A stretch of 64,000 nucleotides of DNA, from NCBI GenBank assembly GCA_951406725.2, contig OX597824.1:5518001-5582000 (forward strand). Direction: 5' to 3'. The notes beneath the pieces were generated by a model that saw only the letters and a program-made list of their open reading frames with translations, had not been told where the DNA came from and ran no database searches. This stretch comes from Octopus vulgaris (taxonomy: Eukaryota). This document shows, in pieces, positions 28,490 to 43,929 of the stretch. The position numbers were made by a program, and so were the translations under genes. The first letter of the stretch is position 1. Each line of letters opens with the position of its first letter.

Positions 28490-29006
28490 ATGTATGCATG
28501 TTTGTATATATGTATGTTTGTATATATGTATGTATGTAGGTATGTATGTATACTTGCGGATTGCTATGTTTTGTTCTACGTATGTATTCTCTTGCCTATA
28601 GTTGAGTACTCAGACATTCTTATATATACTTAAAGGATAAACTTCTGGAAAGTTTTACAGACACTTACAGTTCCAATGATGTAACGGATCTCTAGTCTTC
28701 GAATCAGCTTTCTCCCTTCTGGTTTTGATAATCCTAATTGCTCAAGATTGGTATATAGGCAGTGTGTTACATATCCCAATATATCAATAATTACAGGTAT
28801 AAACCTGACTTGTAATCTGAATTGAGTTACTGCAGATGACTCAATAGTTCAGCGTAGGTATTTCGTTTTTATTATGACTGGCTATGGTCTCTACCATGCT
28901 GTGGGTTCTTATTTATTGGTCCTCGGGATTATCCTTTGGATGGATCTAATTATACAGTGTCTCATAGCTAGATAATTCCTCGATGACATTTTCGGAGCAT
29001 TGCTTA
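28490..29006 (-). mobile_element. RLE-type non-LTR 3' fragment, inverted copy with internal deletion
   Basis: Reverse complement of 29171-29820 lacking ~29315-29460. Confidence 0.8.
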
Positions 29007-29170
29007 AAATCAAGGTTTGTACTTCGTAACTGTTGACTTTTGAAAGAAGGGAAGACTGCAGCATTAAAATATACAAAAAAAAAGCCATAAAAAATGGCTT
29101 TGTTTTTGATGTGATATTTCTAATATCTCTTCTTTTTCCCCCGTTTACTTGACATTTATGCTTTACATCA

Positions 29171-29820
29171 TAAGCAATGCTCCGAAAATGTCATCGAGGA
29201 TTTATCTAGCTATGAGACACTGTATAATGAGATCCATCAAAAAGATAATCCCGAGGACCAATAAATAAGAACCTACAGCATGGTAGAGACCATAGCCAGT
29301 CATAATAAAAACGAACTGGAATGTCCCAGTGAAAACCTCAATAAAATGTAAGCACAACAGACCTGATATTGTGATTTGAGATAAAGAAGAGAAACTGTGT
29401 AGAGTTGTGGACATCTGCTGCCAAGCAAATGTGAACATAAAGCTGAAGATCAGTATAGAAGAAAATACCTACGCTGAACTATTGAGTCATCTGCAGTAAC
29501 TCAATTCAGATTACAAGTCAGGTTTATACCTGTAATTATTGAGATATTGGGATATGTAACACACTGCCTAAATACCAATCTTGAGCAATTAGGATTCTCA
29601 AAACCAGAAGGGAGAAAGCTGATTCGAAGACTACAGATCCATTACATCATTGGAACTGTAAGTGTCTGTAAAACTTTCCAGAAGCTTATCCTTTAAGTAT
29701 ATATAAGAATGTCTGAGTACTCAAGAGAATACATACATAGAACAAAACATAGCAATCTGCAAGTATACATACATACATACATACATACATACATACATAC
29801 ATACATACATACATACATAC
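29171..29820 (+). pseudogene. RLE-type (R2/R4/NeSL-like) non-LTR 3' fragment with (TACA)n tail
   Basis: WNVPVKTSIKCKHNRPDIVI*DKEEKLCRVVDICC..FIPVIIEILG..; stops and a frameshift. Confidence 0.8.
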
Positions 29821-30540
29821 CATGTATGGCTGTTTTTATTTTATGAAAATATCAAAACACAAAGTAATATTTTTTATTGTTTCATAACATAAACAAAAGA
29901 ATCGTGCCAACATTCCAATAAATATCTTCGGTGTTAACTCCACAAAGTCTGAATCGGTCGTCAAATTTTACAGCTTTTCCTGCATCTCTGTCGCTTTTGT
30001 GCATGCATGTATGTCTGATTTAACTGAATCTACGATAAGCATTGTCTACGAAGATATGGTATTGTGCGAGTATGAAAAAAGTATTATTTTGTAAGAAGCT
30101 CTCTCTATACGGAGAATTTGTGTAAATGAAAGCCAAAACTTTACTTGGTATATAAACCGAATTAAAGTCCTTTCAGTTTCCTTGAGGTACCAGTGTTTAA
30201 TATTTTGCCAGTTAGACCTTTACATCAAATTTTATTTTATGCTAAAAGAAATCTATGTTCGATTTTTGTTTTCTGATAGTATTTTCGAGTCGATGGTATG
30301 GAAGTAGAATTTTACGTTACAATGTTTATTTAAGTTCAAGTAATGACTTTTAATCAATGCAGCGTTACCTTTGCTCTTCATCTTTTCGGGGTTCACAAAG
30401 TCTTATGAAATAACAGGCACGAGTAAATTGGCTTCGCTCGTGTCCTCTGATTAAAGAAATCAAAAGTAATTAAGAGACAGAAACAAATTCCTAATACTAT
30501 CGACAACAATTTTATAACTTCAGTTTTTATTATTTGCTCA

Positions 30541-30993
30541 ATATCAAGTTTTGTACTTCGTAACTGTTGACTTTTGAAAGAAGGAAGGACTGCAGCATTA
30601 AAATATACAAAAAAATAGCCATAAAAAATGGCTTTGTTTTTGATGTGATATTTCTAATATCTCTTATTTTTCCCCCCCGTTTACTTGACATTTATGTTTT
30701 ACACAGTCGTATGAATTGGTATTCATATAATACTAATTTCCAAAACTTGAAACAATTTATCAATTTTGCAATCAAGGAAAGTTTCTTTCAAAATATGTCA
30801 ACCATGTATGGCTGTTTTTATTTTATGGAAATATCAAAACACAAAGTAATATTTTTTATTGTTTACAGCTTTGGCCCACTAAAGATTTCGCACGTCTGAT
30901 GTGATATCACTTGTGAAAGGTCACTTTTCGTTTTGTTTTACTGAAGCGTTTCATAACATAAACAAAAGAATCGTGCCAACATTCCAATAAATA
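30541..30993 (+). repeat. Local repeat duplicated in pieces at 29007-29168 and 29820-29925
   Basis: Direct sequence similarity. Confidence 0.8.
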
Positions 30994-32439
30994 TACGTAA
31001 TGAAAATGTCACTACACTTCGTTCTGGGCATATTTTATAATGTTTATAAATTTCCAAGCTTTGATTTTGATATTTTTATTAATTTAATTATGATGTATTT
31101 TTCTTCTGTAAGTTTGCTGTAGAATGTGTAAAGTTTACTTTACAAAAATACAAGAAGACCAAAGGACACGACCTTGCCTCTGTCACAGTATAGCACAGGG
31201 TCGCATATTCGTACCGAAAGTCACAAGTTAGTCATTTCGACTGCATCTACAGCGTATTGAGTACTTCCGTTCAGGTATGAAAGGTAGGGCAATTAAGACA
31301 AATGAAATCAAAATGTAAACAGACGCAAACGAAATGCCGCTTTCCGTTTACAAAGGCAAAGAAAATTATGCGACGTTTATTCTTTGGTTGGGGTAGCCGA
31401 CATCTATCTACTGTACTACCCTCTTGATATTTTGGCACAGAGGTTTTCTGCTCTCAATAAATGAAGGTTAAGGGAAAATAGGAGACAGCTCAGAAGAGAA
31501 TAAATAGTTGTTATTTGTTACCAATCAAGCACAATAAATCCCAAAACCCAGTTATTATCTAAGTGTTATTTCACTAACAATCTCGAAACCATATCTAATA
31601 TAGATATATATTTTGCGTCTTGCTCTTTTTTATATCTGGCTCTCCCTAAGCTCTCCTTTAGAGCTGGGATTGATTTTCCTTTCATACGCTGGTGTCGACT
31701 TGATTCAGTAGAGGAAGCGATTTCTCTTCCGGTGTATTGTTTTATACCGAAAACCAAACATTGAGACGTATGTAGAAACAGCAGATTAAATGGAGACTTT
31801 ATAAAATCTGTGCTTAAGTTTTAGATTTTGGATGCTTGAAAATAAATAAAAGATGGCTGACTTGAAAGTAGAACGACAATGGATATGAGCCAGAGCCGTC
31901 GTTCATTCCGTCTGCTGTTTGATCATTTCTTTCACTGAATATATTTGTGTGAATAAAAAGAAATCAATATTACGTATGTACATTGTGAAGTAGTAGAAGA
32001 AATTCACGGGTAATGCACTAAATGCCATAGATCGTCTCGTCTATTGTTCTGAATTGAATGCTAACCAGGTACTAGATTGTCTTTTGTTCTTCGAATAATA
32101 TGCTGGAATTGATTTGCGCGTATAATCGGCTCATTTTCAACAAGTTGCCTCTTGGCCAATGATGAATTAACTATTAAAGAAATAGTGACAGTTGGACTGG
32201 AAAAACAAGAAACTAAGCTCTTACTACGACAGAATTCCTTTCGGCAGCCAATTGAAGCCATTCCACGCCATCCATTTTGCTAATTAACTTAGTAATGTTA
32301 TCAGTGTCACACAATCTCATTACTTATCAAAACATCATATTATCTATCATTTGATGTATAATTATGTATCGATTAACTTCTGCGAAATAACCAAAGCTTT
32401 GAAATCTATAATTTGATAGGTTTTACGATTCTCTTGTTA

Positions 32440-32993
32440 TATTCTTTCACATGTGTCAGTCATCGAACTGCGGCCATACTGGAGCAGCACCTTGAAGAGT
32501 TTAGCCGATCCAATCAATCTCAGTAATTGTAATCTAAAGTCTGTTATTTATTCTATCCGGTACATTTGGCTGAACCGCTAAGTTACATGAACAGAAATAA
32601 ACAAACCAGCACCGGTTGTCAAGTAGTGGGGACAAACACAAAGACAAGTACACGCACATTTATACGACGGGCGTCCACCCCGTTTCCCTCTACCATCTCA
32701 ATCCGCTCAGTTCGTGTATATTTTTCTTTGAAATCATGGAAATTTGATAGGGTAAAGACTTGTGCATAGATATTTGTATACTCTGAGTAACATGCACCCA
32801 ATCCACATTTACATATGTACTCATGTGTGTATATATACTCTTTTACTCTTTTACTTGTTTCACTCATTTGACTTAGTTTTTGTAAGCCTAGTATTTATTC
32901 TGTCGGTTTCCTTTTGCCGAACCGCTAAGTGACGGGAACGTAAACACACCAGCATCGGTTGTCAAGCGATGCTGGGGGACAAACGCAGACACA

Positions 32994-33043
<50 letters not shown>

Positions 33044-33206
33044 TATATACGACGGGCTTTCAGTTTCCGTCTACCAATTCCACTCACAATGTTTGGTCGG
33101 CCCGAAGCTATAGTAGAAGACAGTTAACCAAGTTGTCCCGCAGTGGGACTGAACCCGAAACCCTATGATTGGCAAGCAAGCTACTTACAACACACCCACT
33201 TCAGCT
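32440..33206 (-). mobile_element. Two SINE family A copies (32440-32700 diverged; 32837-33206)
   Basis: Similarity to 13878-14403. Confidence 0.8.
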
Positions 33207-33893
33207 CCTCTCTCTTTCTTATTTTAAATAACATGTAAAATTAAGTCGTTATTTCATTCTATCGAATTACATAAAATATCCATATTTTATGTCGCCCACT
33301 GATAATATAAAATTAATATCGATAAAAGTTTGAGCGGTAATGTTCTGAGATTGCGCTCCGAAACAATTGATCTGCATTGTTGAAACTTTTTCAATATGTT
33401 ACATATATTATCTAATATTGAAATTTTCTCGTATGCCATTCATCTTTGTGAGTTTGCCTGAATATCTGACGGTGTTTTTTGGGTGTAGGTCCTAGCTTCC
33501 AACGCGTTGAGTAATTTTGATACGCCTTTATCTTCCGGATTCAGCAAAGGACTTAGCTTATGAGAAATGCTCGAGTGTTTATATCTAACAGCGCAAAATA
33601 ACTAAGTAGTATTAATATGTAAATTACAATCATATCTAAAGTCTGTCTAAAAAATAAATTATGCGTGTTAATCCTTGCAGCTAACTGGACTAGTCATTAA
33701 GATTTTAGTATCGTTGTTAGATACAGCACCGGCATTTTCATGTATGTGGCCACTAACAAGAACTTTTGAGAGAAAAGTATGTTACATGTTTCAGATTAAT
33801 AAAGACTACTTTTAGTTGCTATGACAACAAAAATGCGTGCAAATGAGAAATAGAATAAAAATAACGTAGCACAATACAGAGCGCATAGCAATA

Positions 33894-34712
33894 CAGGGTG
33901 TTTGGGCTAAAATTGGATAGTTTGCATGAAAGGAAAAGAAAACAAAATCCTAAGCCAAAATAAAGTGTTTTTTAAATAAAAAAAAAAACAGCAATTAGAT
34001 TATGGCTTGGACATAAGAGCTTAAGCACAGAAGCCGCCCTCGGCCTCCACCCTTGCGTCAAGACGACTCCGGAATCCTGCTCATGCGTTTCTCACAGCAT
34101 CCCTGGGAAGATCTTTGAACACCTCATTAATCTTGGCCACCAGCTCGGCCTTGGTCTTGAAGGCAGAGCGGTTGGTGTCTTTCTAAACCACAGCCTACAC
34201 TTAGTAATCCATATGATTAAAATCGGGAAAGTAGGAGACCAGAAATTGTGTCTGGTGTAGTCTGAAAATTTCTCTGGCACCGACAACCACTTTTAACTTA
34301 TTCGGGATCTGATGAGGAACCAAATCCTGATGCTACATATATGGCCTTTCAGCAGCAACTCTTTCCAGTCAGGAGTTGACCACAGATCCTCGTAGCTTCA
34401 TATAGCCATCTGCATTGAGCCTAAAACCCTGTTCATAGATGTGGGAATGTATTTTGGCGGGCGGACGAAGTCCTAAAGCTTGCTGTGTCCCTTCCTTCCG
34501 AAGTTAACAGTGCATTGGGTGGCAACCATGATGTCGGCATTTTCATACCAGTTGGAAAATCCTCATGATGCAGTTAACAATTATCCACATAGCATTCGGT
34601 TCTCCATAGCTAACTTTCCTCAATTATGCATTTAATCTTTATGCTCTCCAGCGTCATTGACTGCTGACCAGTACATCAAGATGTCGGTCAAATTAAGTCT
34701 GAACACATTCTA
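33894..34712 (-). mobile_element. Degraded maT/DD37D-like Tc1/mariner element
   Basis: TA|CAGGGTGTTTGGGCTAAA terminus and degenerate opposite TIR; remnants ERVAAERPY, DFNHMDY, FRSRLDARVEAEGGF. Confidence 0.7.
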
Positions 34713-35329
34713 ATTAATTATCATTATTCGAAAACTTTCAAGCCGTTCCAATACAATCGAAAGTTTTATAGCTTTTGTATACAACGCTAATTATAAGTTT
34801 TGTCGTAAAATAAAATTACCCTGCAATAACGAAATGTAAATTAGAAATAACTGCTGAAAATATTCATGCAAAGGTAAAAGGAAACATCGCAGACAGGAAC
34901 CAACATTAATTTTGGGTAAATATGTTACGACCATGAATCTAAGTAATCTAGATTTGTTAGACATTAAATTTATAAATTATATAAATGAAAATCTGTCAGT
35001 ATAAATTACTGGATATCCAAAATGAATGGACTATAAATGGTATTCTATTATTGAAATCATTTTGAGAAATGGTATCTAATACTGTCCATCATGACACATA
35101 CATACACGTTGACACATACACACGGACATCTATACATGCATACATACATACGTACATACATGCATATACATACAATCCAATATACGCACACACGTTCACG
35201 CATACACGCACATATGTATATATGTGTATGTAATGTATATACGCACGCACAGATACATGCAAACACACACATATTATGTCAGTAAAAGGGATCAGTCGAG
35301 TTTAAGATAGGAAATAATCAAATGTCGAT

Positions 35330-35800
35330 TTGTGTCAATTGATATATTTTATCAATATAAAATTTCGCTCATTATCCATTCCAAATTCCCATCTTTCGGA
35401 CGTGCAAAGTCTCAGGTTCCGAAGCAAAGAAACTCTTCATATCACTCTTAACGTCTTCACAATTAAGAACTGTTTTTCCTTTTAAATAATGCTGCAATGA
35501 TCTGAAAAGCTCAGTAAAGAAGGAGGCTGAGGCAAAACTTCGATATTCTGTGTCATAATCATTGACAACTGATGGGTGCCTTTCCAGTAAATTCTTTTCT
35601 AATGATTCCATTTGACGACAATAATTCGCTGCGATGAATGTTTCGTTTTCCGTCAACAACTCATGATCGACATCATTCATATCACATCAGATACAAACCA
35701 TAAATGTTTCTCGCCGCAATTCTGGTTTGGAACGGATTCTTGTTTTTCATTGTGTCCTAACATTTTTCGTTTTCGTTTGATTTGAGAGAACTCATAGTTC
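35330..35800 (-). pseudogene. Mariner (DD34D-type) transposase relic
   Basis: HELLTENET..NYCRQM..L and LFRSLQHYLKGK..EDVK..FF.S motifs with an internal deletion. Confidence 0.8.
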
Positions 35801-35904
35801 ACCACGTGAGGTTTGTGCGCTGGAAATATTTTCTGTAAAGACTATTTCCCAATGATGAACAGATGGTAACTGTTTTGTATAAATTTCCCAGAGTAACCTT
35901 TATA

Positions 35905-35954
<50 letters not shown>

Positions 35955-36023
35955 TAGAGATAGATAGATAGACAGATAGATAGATAGATAGACAGATAGA
36001 TAGATAGATAGATAGATAGATAT

Positions 36024-36057
<34 letters not shown>

Positions 36058-37025
36058 GGATAGATAGATAAACAGTTAGATAGATAGATAATTTCGAATC
36101 AACCCCACTGCATTAAATATACAGATAATTGGAAGAAAAAATAACGTATGTCCCTTATCTTTCTATCTCTCTCTCTCTCTCTCTCGCTCTCTCTCGATCT
36201 ATCTATCTATCTATCTATCTATCTGTGTTTATCTGTCTGTCTGTCTGTCTCTATCTCTCTCTTTATATAGATAGAGACAATCAGCAATTGGTTTAAATTT
36301 GTGATAATTTCGTGACCCTAACTCCATTATCAGTTGCAGCTACTTTACCTTCATTTACGCACTAATGACGCTTCTGCACCAACACATTGACATTCTTAAT
36401 TAATTTATGATCACGAGACTAATCAAGACATCTTAAGTAACAAATTAATATAGATTTGAAAGCAAATGCTAAATAGCAAGAAAAGCAACCATCATTTGTA
36501 CGGCATTCTGTTCCAGCACTCTGTGACTTGAATCCTTCTAAGTTATTTATCGGAAACTCATTAAACCGCTTAATACTTTCTAAGTCTTTTCCTTTTTACT
36601 TAGAAACCATGATTAGATGTTATTGTTCAACTAAGAATTTTCTATTTAACGCCGTAAAAAGGAATATTTCCTCAATGCTGTATCTCATAAGAATATATTT
36701 GATTAATAAGGATGCGCGTTCCTTCGAACGCTTGGAAAAGAAACCGAATACAATATTTTAGTTTTATATCTCATAGACATGGCGGCTGCAAGGTTAAACT
36801 GGTGATTTTGCGTCCCACTAATTCTGAATTCAACTCCGATGGCTGAATCGTTTATGTTACCAGGATGTTCTACTAATCCGATGATCTAGATCTCTACATT
36901 AATTTGTAAATATAAAATAGTACATATTAATGCAGGTATGTAACCAATTTTTTATTCTTTGAAATTATTACGAGAAGATGGCTGCAAAACAACCGTAATT
37001 CTTAGGATGCAAAGTGTTTCAATAT

Positions 37026-37071
<46 letters not shown>

Positions 37072-37295
37072 GCATCTCATAAATCCTGACTTTTTATAGT
37101 TCATACACTCTTCATAAAATTCTCTTAGTCGATCGGGATTCCTGGATTTCAGCTGCATAGATCTTTGGAATTTTACTCCCCTGTGTTAGATTACCAAGTT
37201 GTGTTATAGCCTAATCCGTGACAGGAGCACTCTCTGAAAGCCATAGCTTTCTATGAATTCATATATTACACTACAAATTGTGTATATACACATAT

Positions 37296-37336
<41 letters not shown>

Positions 37337-37344
37337 CATATATC

Positions 37345-37640
37345 TATATACGGTGGTTGTCTACTCCTTATGCAGATCCTGCACTAACACCTTAGACCCA
37401 TCATGGCGTCTGATGAGACTTTTTAAACCAGACAATGTATTGAAAAGTCACCCACATTGGTTTGATGTCTGATTTGGACCACCAAGAGCTGAAGTTAAGT
37501 TCAGATCTTTGTGCATCTGAAAATGTCTTTTGAGTCCTCCATTAGATTTGCACACCTTATGACATAAACAACATTGAAAGGTGTGCCCAGATATATTGGC
37601 AGAGTAGTTCTCATGGGTAGCTTTGGGGAGTAGAGAGCCA
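37345..37640 (-). pseudogene. Probable RTE-like LINE 3' end with C2H2-like motif
   Basis: Manual translation FQCCLCHKVCKSNGGLKRHFQMH..QCG*LFNTLSGLKS ending at a microsatellite. Confidence 0.45.
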
Positions 37641-38968
37641 TGCCACTACTGAAATGTAGATAAAGAAAAATGGAATTACGATTTCAATCGCTGAGATAAT
37701 GCCACACATTTTGGAGAAGGGGGCACTCCATTAATAGAAGCAACAACAAATGCAACAAAAAAAAAGCAACAACTAAAACAACAGCCACAACACATGCTAT
37801 TATCTGAGCTTCAATGACAGAATTAATCACCTGTGTAAAACAGAACATTATGGCTCAAGTATGATAATACGTTTTAAATTAAAAGTTTTTTGTTTTAATT
37901 TATAGGATCATTAAAACGATTTTAACAGAATTATATCTTTCTCAACATGTGATTTAGGCAACTTTGGAAAGCGTTTCATGTTAGTTTTATATATGTGATG
38001 GCTTAATTGCAGAGATTTTATATGAAGCCACCAGAACGTCTAACGAAGAAAAAAAATTAAGACTAATTTAAAGTACGTTGAAGTATTGGATTCTTGTCTG
38101 AAATTAATCGATTTTGGTTTTTTTTTTACACAAGAATTTGTATCAATAATTTGTCATAATAGTGAGATAGGTTTCACGGTTCGTCTATCCAATAGATGCT
38201 GTTCACTGAATACTAAGAGGGAAAATTGAAATCAATTTACTTTTGTTAATTTTATTATTTTAAAAGTTTTTCTTATTGTTCGGTATTTTAATTTTTGCTG
38301 GTATTTTATTTTTCTATAAAGAAATTATTTATTAATTTTTCTGACAATTTTGTTAATGATGTCAAACGTTTTTTATTAAAGGTGTATGTAGTTGTTTCCC
38401 CAGTTTTATAACCACTTTGTATCACTAAAAACAAAAGCATCTTTCAAAAGTGAATATCATTATTAAGAACTACTCCCTTCCGTAAACCTGACACCGTGTG
38501 CATACTTAATCAATTTAATATACAAAAGCGTAGCCAATCTATATAGAGCTGTACAAAAGTGTATCCACTGAGTAGGATCAACTTTCTAAGGAAGTGAACG
38601 TAAGATCTGACTTTCTTGTTTGCTTTTCATGCCTTTTATAATCTCTTTGATAATATGTTTGTTGTAGCAAGGCAGAAAATATGAGCGTCGCAGAGTCCCA
38701 CCTTTTAGTCCTACATCATTCCATTACGGTATTGTTTCTGAATAAATCTATATTATCATTGCAAATTGCAGTTTAATTAGTAGTACATTAACTTATTTTG
38801 GGGGTTCAATCCCACTGCGTGGTACCTTGGGTAAATTTCGTTGAATATAGTCTCGGGACGATCATTAAGTTGCGAAGGAATCTGGTAGACAAAAATTGTG
38901 TGGGAGCCCACCGTATAGATACGCACACATTTATGTATTCATGAACATATGTATATTAGTATTTATGA

Positions 38969-39048
<80 letters not shown>

Positions 39049-39754
39049 GTGTGTATCTTTTTGTGTTTCTTTTCTCACATACTTTGACAACCGTTGTTAG
39101 TTTATTTGCGTCTCTGCATCCGCGCGGTAGAAGAGTAAAACCAGTTTTATTGTTCGATTTAAAATGGACTTTCGTGATTTCTGTGTATTCTATGCTTGTA
39201 ATGTCCGCACGTGTTGCACTGAATTGGTGGTAAACTATACAACTTTATGACAATTAGAGCCTTTTTTTCAAACCTAGTACCAGATAAAATCGATAAGAAC
39301 TTAATCTATTTTGGTCTCCAAATAAACATTTCACCAAAAATTATCAATGTGTCAGGGAATGCACCTTTTAAAAAAACTACCATTTTCTAATCTTTCAGTT
39401 CTTTACTTTTCGTATTAATTCGAACCAGCTTCGGTGCCGATGTAATCTATTACACTTTTCTTATCCGACACAATATTTTTGGAAGAGGGGTGTGAAAATT
39501 ATTTTCTGTATTAACTAGATTTTTATATTGAAAAATATATTTACCTACGAGGTGATGCGCTTCTCTTCCTGATGCGCTGATTTTTTTTGTTATATCCCAC
39601 CTCAAATATCTACTTCTGCGATTTAACTTTAAGCGAAGAATATAAAGGAAACGTGATGAATGTGCTGTATATTTTTCATACATAAAATCATCCCCTCTAA
39701 ACGAACAAAGATATGCAAAAACACTTTACACGTACGAATAAACATAGAATCACA

Positions 39755-39790
<36 letters not shown>

Positions 39791-39918
39791 ATAAGGACGT
39801 ATCAGTGTTTGCCTTTTAAACATTAAAAAAATTCTCATTTCACACACGCCAAATCCTATATATTCTAAATTGTCACAAATAGATTATAAATCATTTTTAT
39901 TAAGATTTTCGCTGTCGG

Positions 39919-40534
<616 letters not shown>

Positions 40535-40689
40535 TACATTTCTTATCGTTTATTACTTGTATTTACATAATATACGTTGTTTTATAAACAAAAAGGTTTT
40601 CGAATGAAGCAATCATTACATCGACGACATGTTTGCCATTTTCCTTTTGAGTTTCATCATTGGGAAACATCTGTAAGATCCGCTGGAAT

Positions 40690-41150
40690 TAGTATGTTGA
40701 CTTTGGTTTACTAATACCATTGGACTGGAAGGGTCCCTATCGCTTTTCACAGCTAGTTGATTGAATATGCAGTTGAGTAAGTAGTTTGCCATGATTGAAG
40801 GTCACAGTTTGATAAAATTGTGTCCTTGATTTTTTTGTTCAGTGACTTTAGGAAGGTTAGACAGGGAATTGGTGGCTTTAATGAGAATTCTAAATGATTG
40901 GTTGTCATTTAATATTGGATATTAGCAAAGCACGTCCTGATTAGTCTTTCAGCTACGGATAAGAATTAATGACGTGTATTGTTACATTGGCCATATCTGT
41001 GTTCAATATTTTCAACATTATCGAACTTCAGTCTTATTTCGATGATATAGAGGGGAACATCAGTGATGTTAACGGAATGAAAAAAGAATCAGGTGGATAC
41101 AGACCTCATCGGTCAGCATCAATAACATATTTAACATTGCAATGAACAAT
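40690..41150 (-). pseudogene. Highly degraded PIF1-like (Helitron RepHel) helicase C-terminal relic
   Basis: Collinear remnants YPP/FFHSVNITDVP, YGQCNNTR, QFPV, KNQG resemble YP.EFLNS..G.P, GLCNGTR, QFP..AFA.TINKSQG. Confidence 0.45.
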
Positions 41151-42147
41151 AGTCTCCTCTGGAATTGATTATATTTTTTTGCATAACATCATCATTTTGG
41201 TTGTCAGCTTCAAACTTTTCATGATAACCACAACTCATAAGTAAAGTTATTTTATTAATAATGCATATAATTGAGTCTTACTGGCGAAGACAACGAGAAG
41301 AATTTTCAAATATATTAACAAATACGGTACTGACGCTAACAAATTAAAAAAGGACAATCAGCCAAAAAAGATTAACTCGTGTATGAAATATGTTCTCCTT
41401 CATTTCTAACGATTCTACCAATCGACCGAAATTCGTTTCTAATTTAGGCAGATTCCGGTAATTCTGAGGAGTAGAGGTTTGTCAATTACATCGACCAGAG
41501 TACTTCAGTTATAATGTATTTTATCGATCTATCAAGGTTAAAGGTAAAGTTACCGACAGGATTTGAACTCAGAACATAAAGTATCGTAAAATGTATCACA
41601 AAACCTTTACTCTTAAGCTTCAATAGTTATCCTAGTCCGCTGCATTTAAATTAAGAATAATTAATTAAATTTTAAAGCAATCTATATTGAATCCATCGAC
41701 AACACCTGTTGGATTACCCTCACATGACGGGTAACTTTGAAGGTTTACTTTGGCTGCCATAGGAAATATCAGGAAATATATCAAACATAAAATAATTATA
41801 TTTTAACTTTATGAAATTTCTTGGTGCTTAAATAAAATGATGAAATAAATACTAAGTTTTAAAACAAATACTACTTCGAAATAAAATTTAATACAAACAA
41901 AGTTTTCATTACAATATTTGCAATAAATATGTTATTAGTTTTCTAGGTTTTTTCAACATAATCGCAATCTATTCCGTCTAAAATTTATGAGAGGAAAATT
42001 TCATAAAAAAAAAAGGTGAGTTTTTCAGAAAGTAATAAGATGCCCAGCCTGCATCACTTAAGTTAAAACTGTATCTCTCTTTTACGGTCTCTCCATACGA
42101 TGTGAAGCGTGACTGGAGAAACAAACCTACCAGTTAAACAACAACGA

Positions 42148-42734
42148 TTTCAAATTTTGGCATAAGGCCAGCAATTTCAAAGCAAGCGGGTAGGTCGATT
42201 ACATCGATTACATCGATTTCACTGTTTCACTGGTACTTCTTTCACTGACTCCGATAAAATGAAAGGCAAAATCAACCTCGGCGGAATTTGAACCCAGGAC
42301 GTAAAGACAGACGAAATACCTGTTTCTTTACTACCCATAAGGGGTTAAACACAGAGGGGACAAACAAGGACAGACAGATGGATTAAGCCGATTATATCGA
42401 TCCCAGTGCGTAACTGGTACTTAGATTATCGACCTCGAAAGGATGAAAGGCAAAGTCGACCTCGGCAGAATTTGAACTCAGAAGGTAACGGCAGACGAAA
42501 TACCTATTTCTTTACTACCCACAAGGGGCTAAACGCAGTGGGGACGAACAAGAACAGACAAATGGATTACGTCGATTATCGATACCAGTGCGTAACTGGC
42601 TTTTATTTAATCGACCCCGAAAGGATGAAAGGCAAACTCGACCTCAGGGGAATTTGAACTCAGGACATAGCGGCAGACAAAATACCGCTAAGTATTTCGC
42701 CCGGCGTGCTAACGCTTCTGCCAGGTCGCCGCCT
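42148..42734 (-). mobile_element. SINE family B trimer
   Basis: One head at 42734 and three cores joined at 42504/5 and 42320/1. Confidence 0.88.
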
Positions 42735-43351
42735 AATAACAGCCATTAATAAATAGATATTGACTTCGAAATTTAGCAAGCTACCCCAGATATATAGGGA
42801 TGGCGTATTATTGATCCAATCGGTCGAGCTCTTTCCGGAACACTGTGATTGCCACGCGATGATTTGAGCTTTGAACGTAAAGACAGATAAATACTCACAT
42901 AACTTCGTCTTGCAATTATATCGATTCTACCAGTGTGTCTGCCATTCCATTATACCCTTGTGTTCTGGTTATTTGAAATATATCATCTTCGGTTGGGTAA
43001 TATTTTTTCACTACATTTAAAAGCGAAGAAGGTCAACGAATTCGTACATTCAAATCACGTCACAAGGAGATCAATTAGCATTATTCTCTAGAAATGAACG
43101 TGGAAATACCACAAGGATTATGACAATATCTTTCCCGCTCTTTTATACCGATTCGATGCACTTTTCATAATACAGAAATACCAATTCAATGCCGAGTATT
43201 TCATAATACAATACCGGTTGTTCTTAAAAGTCAACTCGTTAGAGTGGGTATCGTTAGACAACTGAACTTTAAGTATAAATGCAACGAAAACTGGTTGATT
43301 TCAGATAAAAGTATACAAGTTAGATATGTAGACTATGGACAGAAAAGGCGA

Positions 43352-43405
<54 letters not shown>

Positions 43406-43869
43406 CACTACTACTACTACTACGGCCGCTGCTGCTGCTGGTGCTACTAATACTGATGATGGCGTTGACGAAGATGACGATGATTTTTATTATTGTGCAT
43501 TGTTAATTTTGCCCAGTCACAAATATGTATATATATTTTAGTTCGCTGTATATAGTTAGCTGTGATGTTCATGCTTTTATCAAGTGTGCTCTTGATGTTT
43601 AACCAAATGCATAAGCTCCGATACACGCAAAAATACTATGTATAAAGCCACTTTGGCAGAGACAATTTGGCTATTTAATGGAAGTAAAGGTCTGCACATA
43701 CATACATACGCACATATTATATGTGCACACACATACATATACATACACACACACACACACACATACACACATATATATATATAAATCTAAGTATCTATAT
43801 GTGCAAATATATGTGTATGTGTGTATATATACATATATATATATATACATACATACATACATACATACA

Positions 43870-43902
<33 letters not shown>

Positions 43903-43929
43903 GTGAGTGAGTGTATGTGTGTGAGTATA

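Noticed and set aside
32113-32283. Short protein-like open frame (..ANDELTIKEIVTVGLEKQETKLLLRQ..)
   Set aside because: No recognisable domain, start codon or convincing splice acceptor.
37500-37590. Host C2H2 zinc-finger exon
   Set aside because: In-frame stop in the second motif, no TGEKP linker, and it ends at a microsatellite; better explained as a LINE 3' end.
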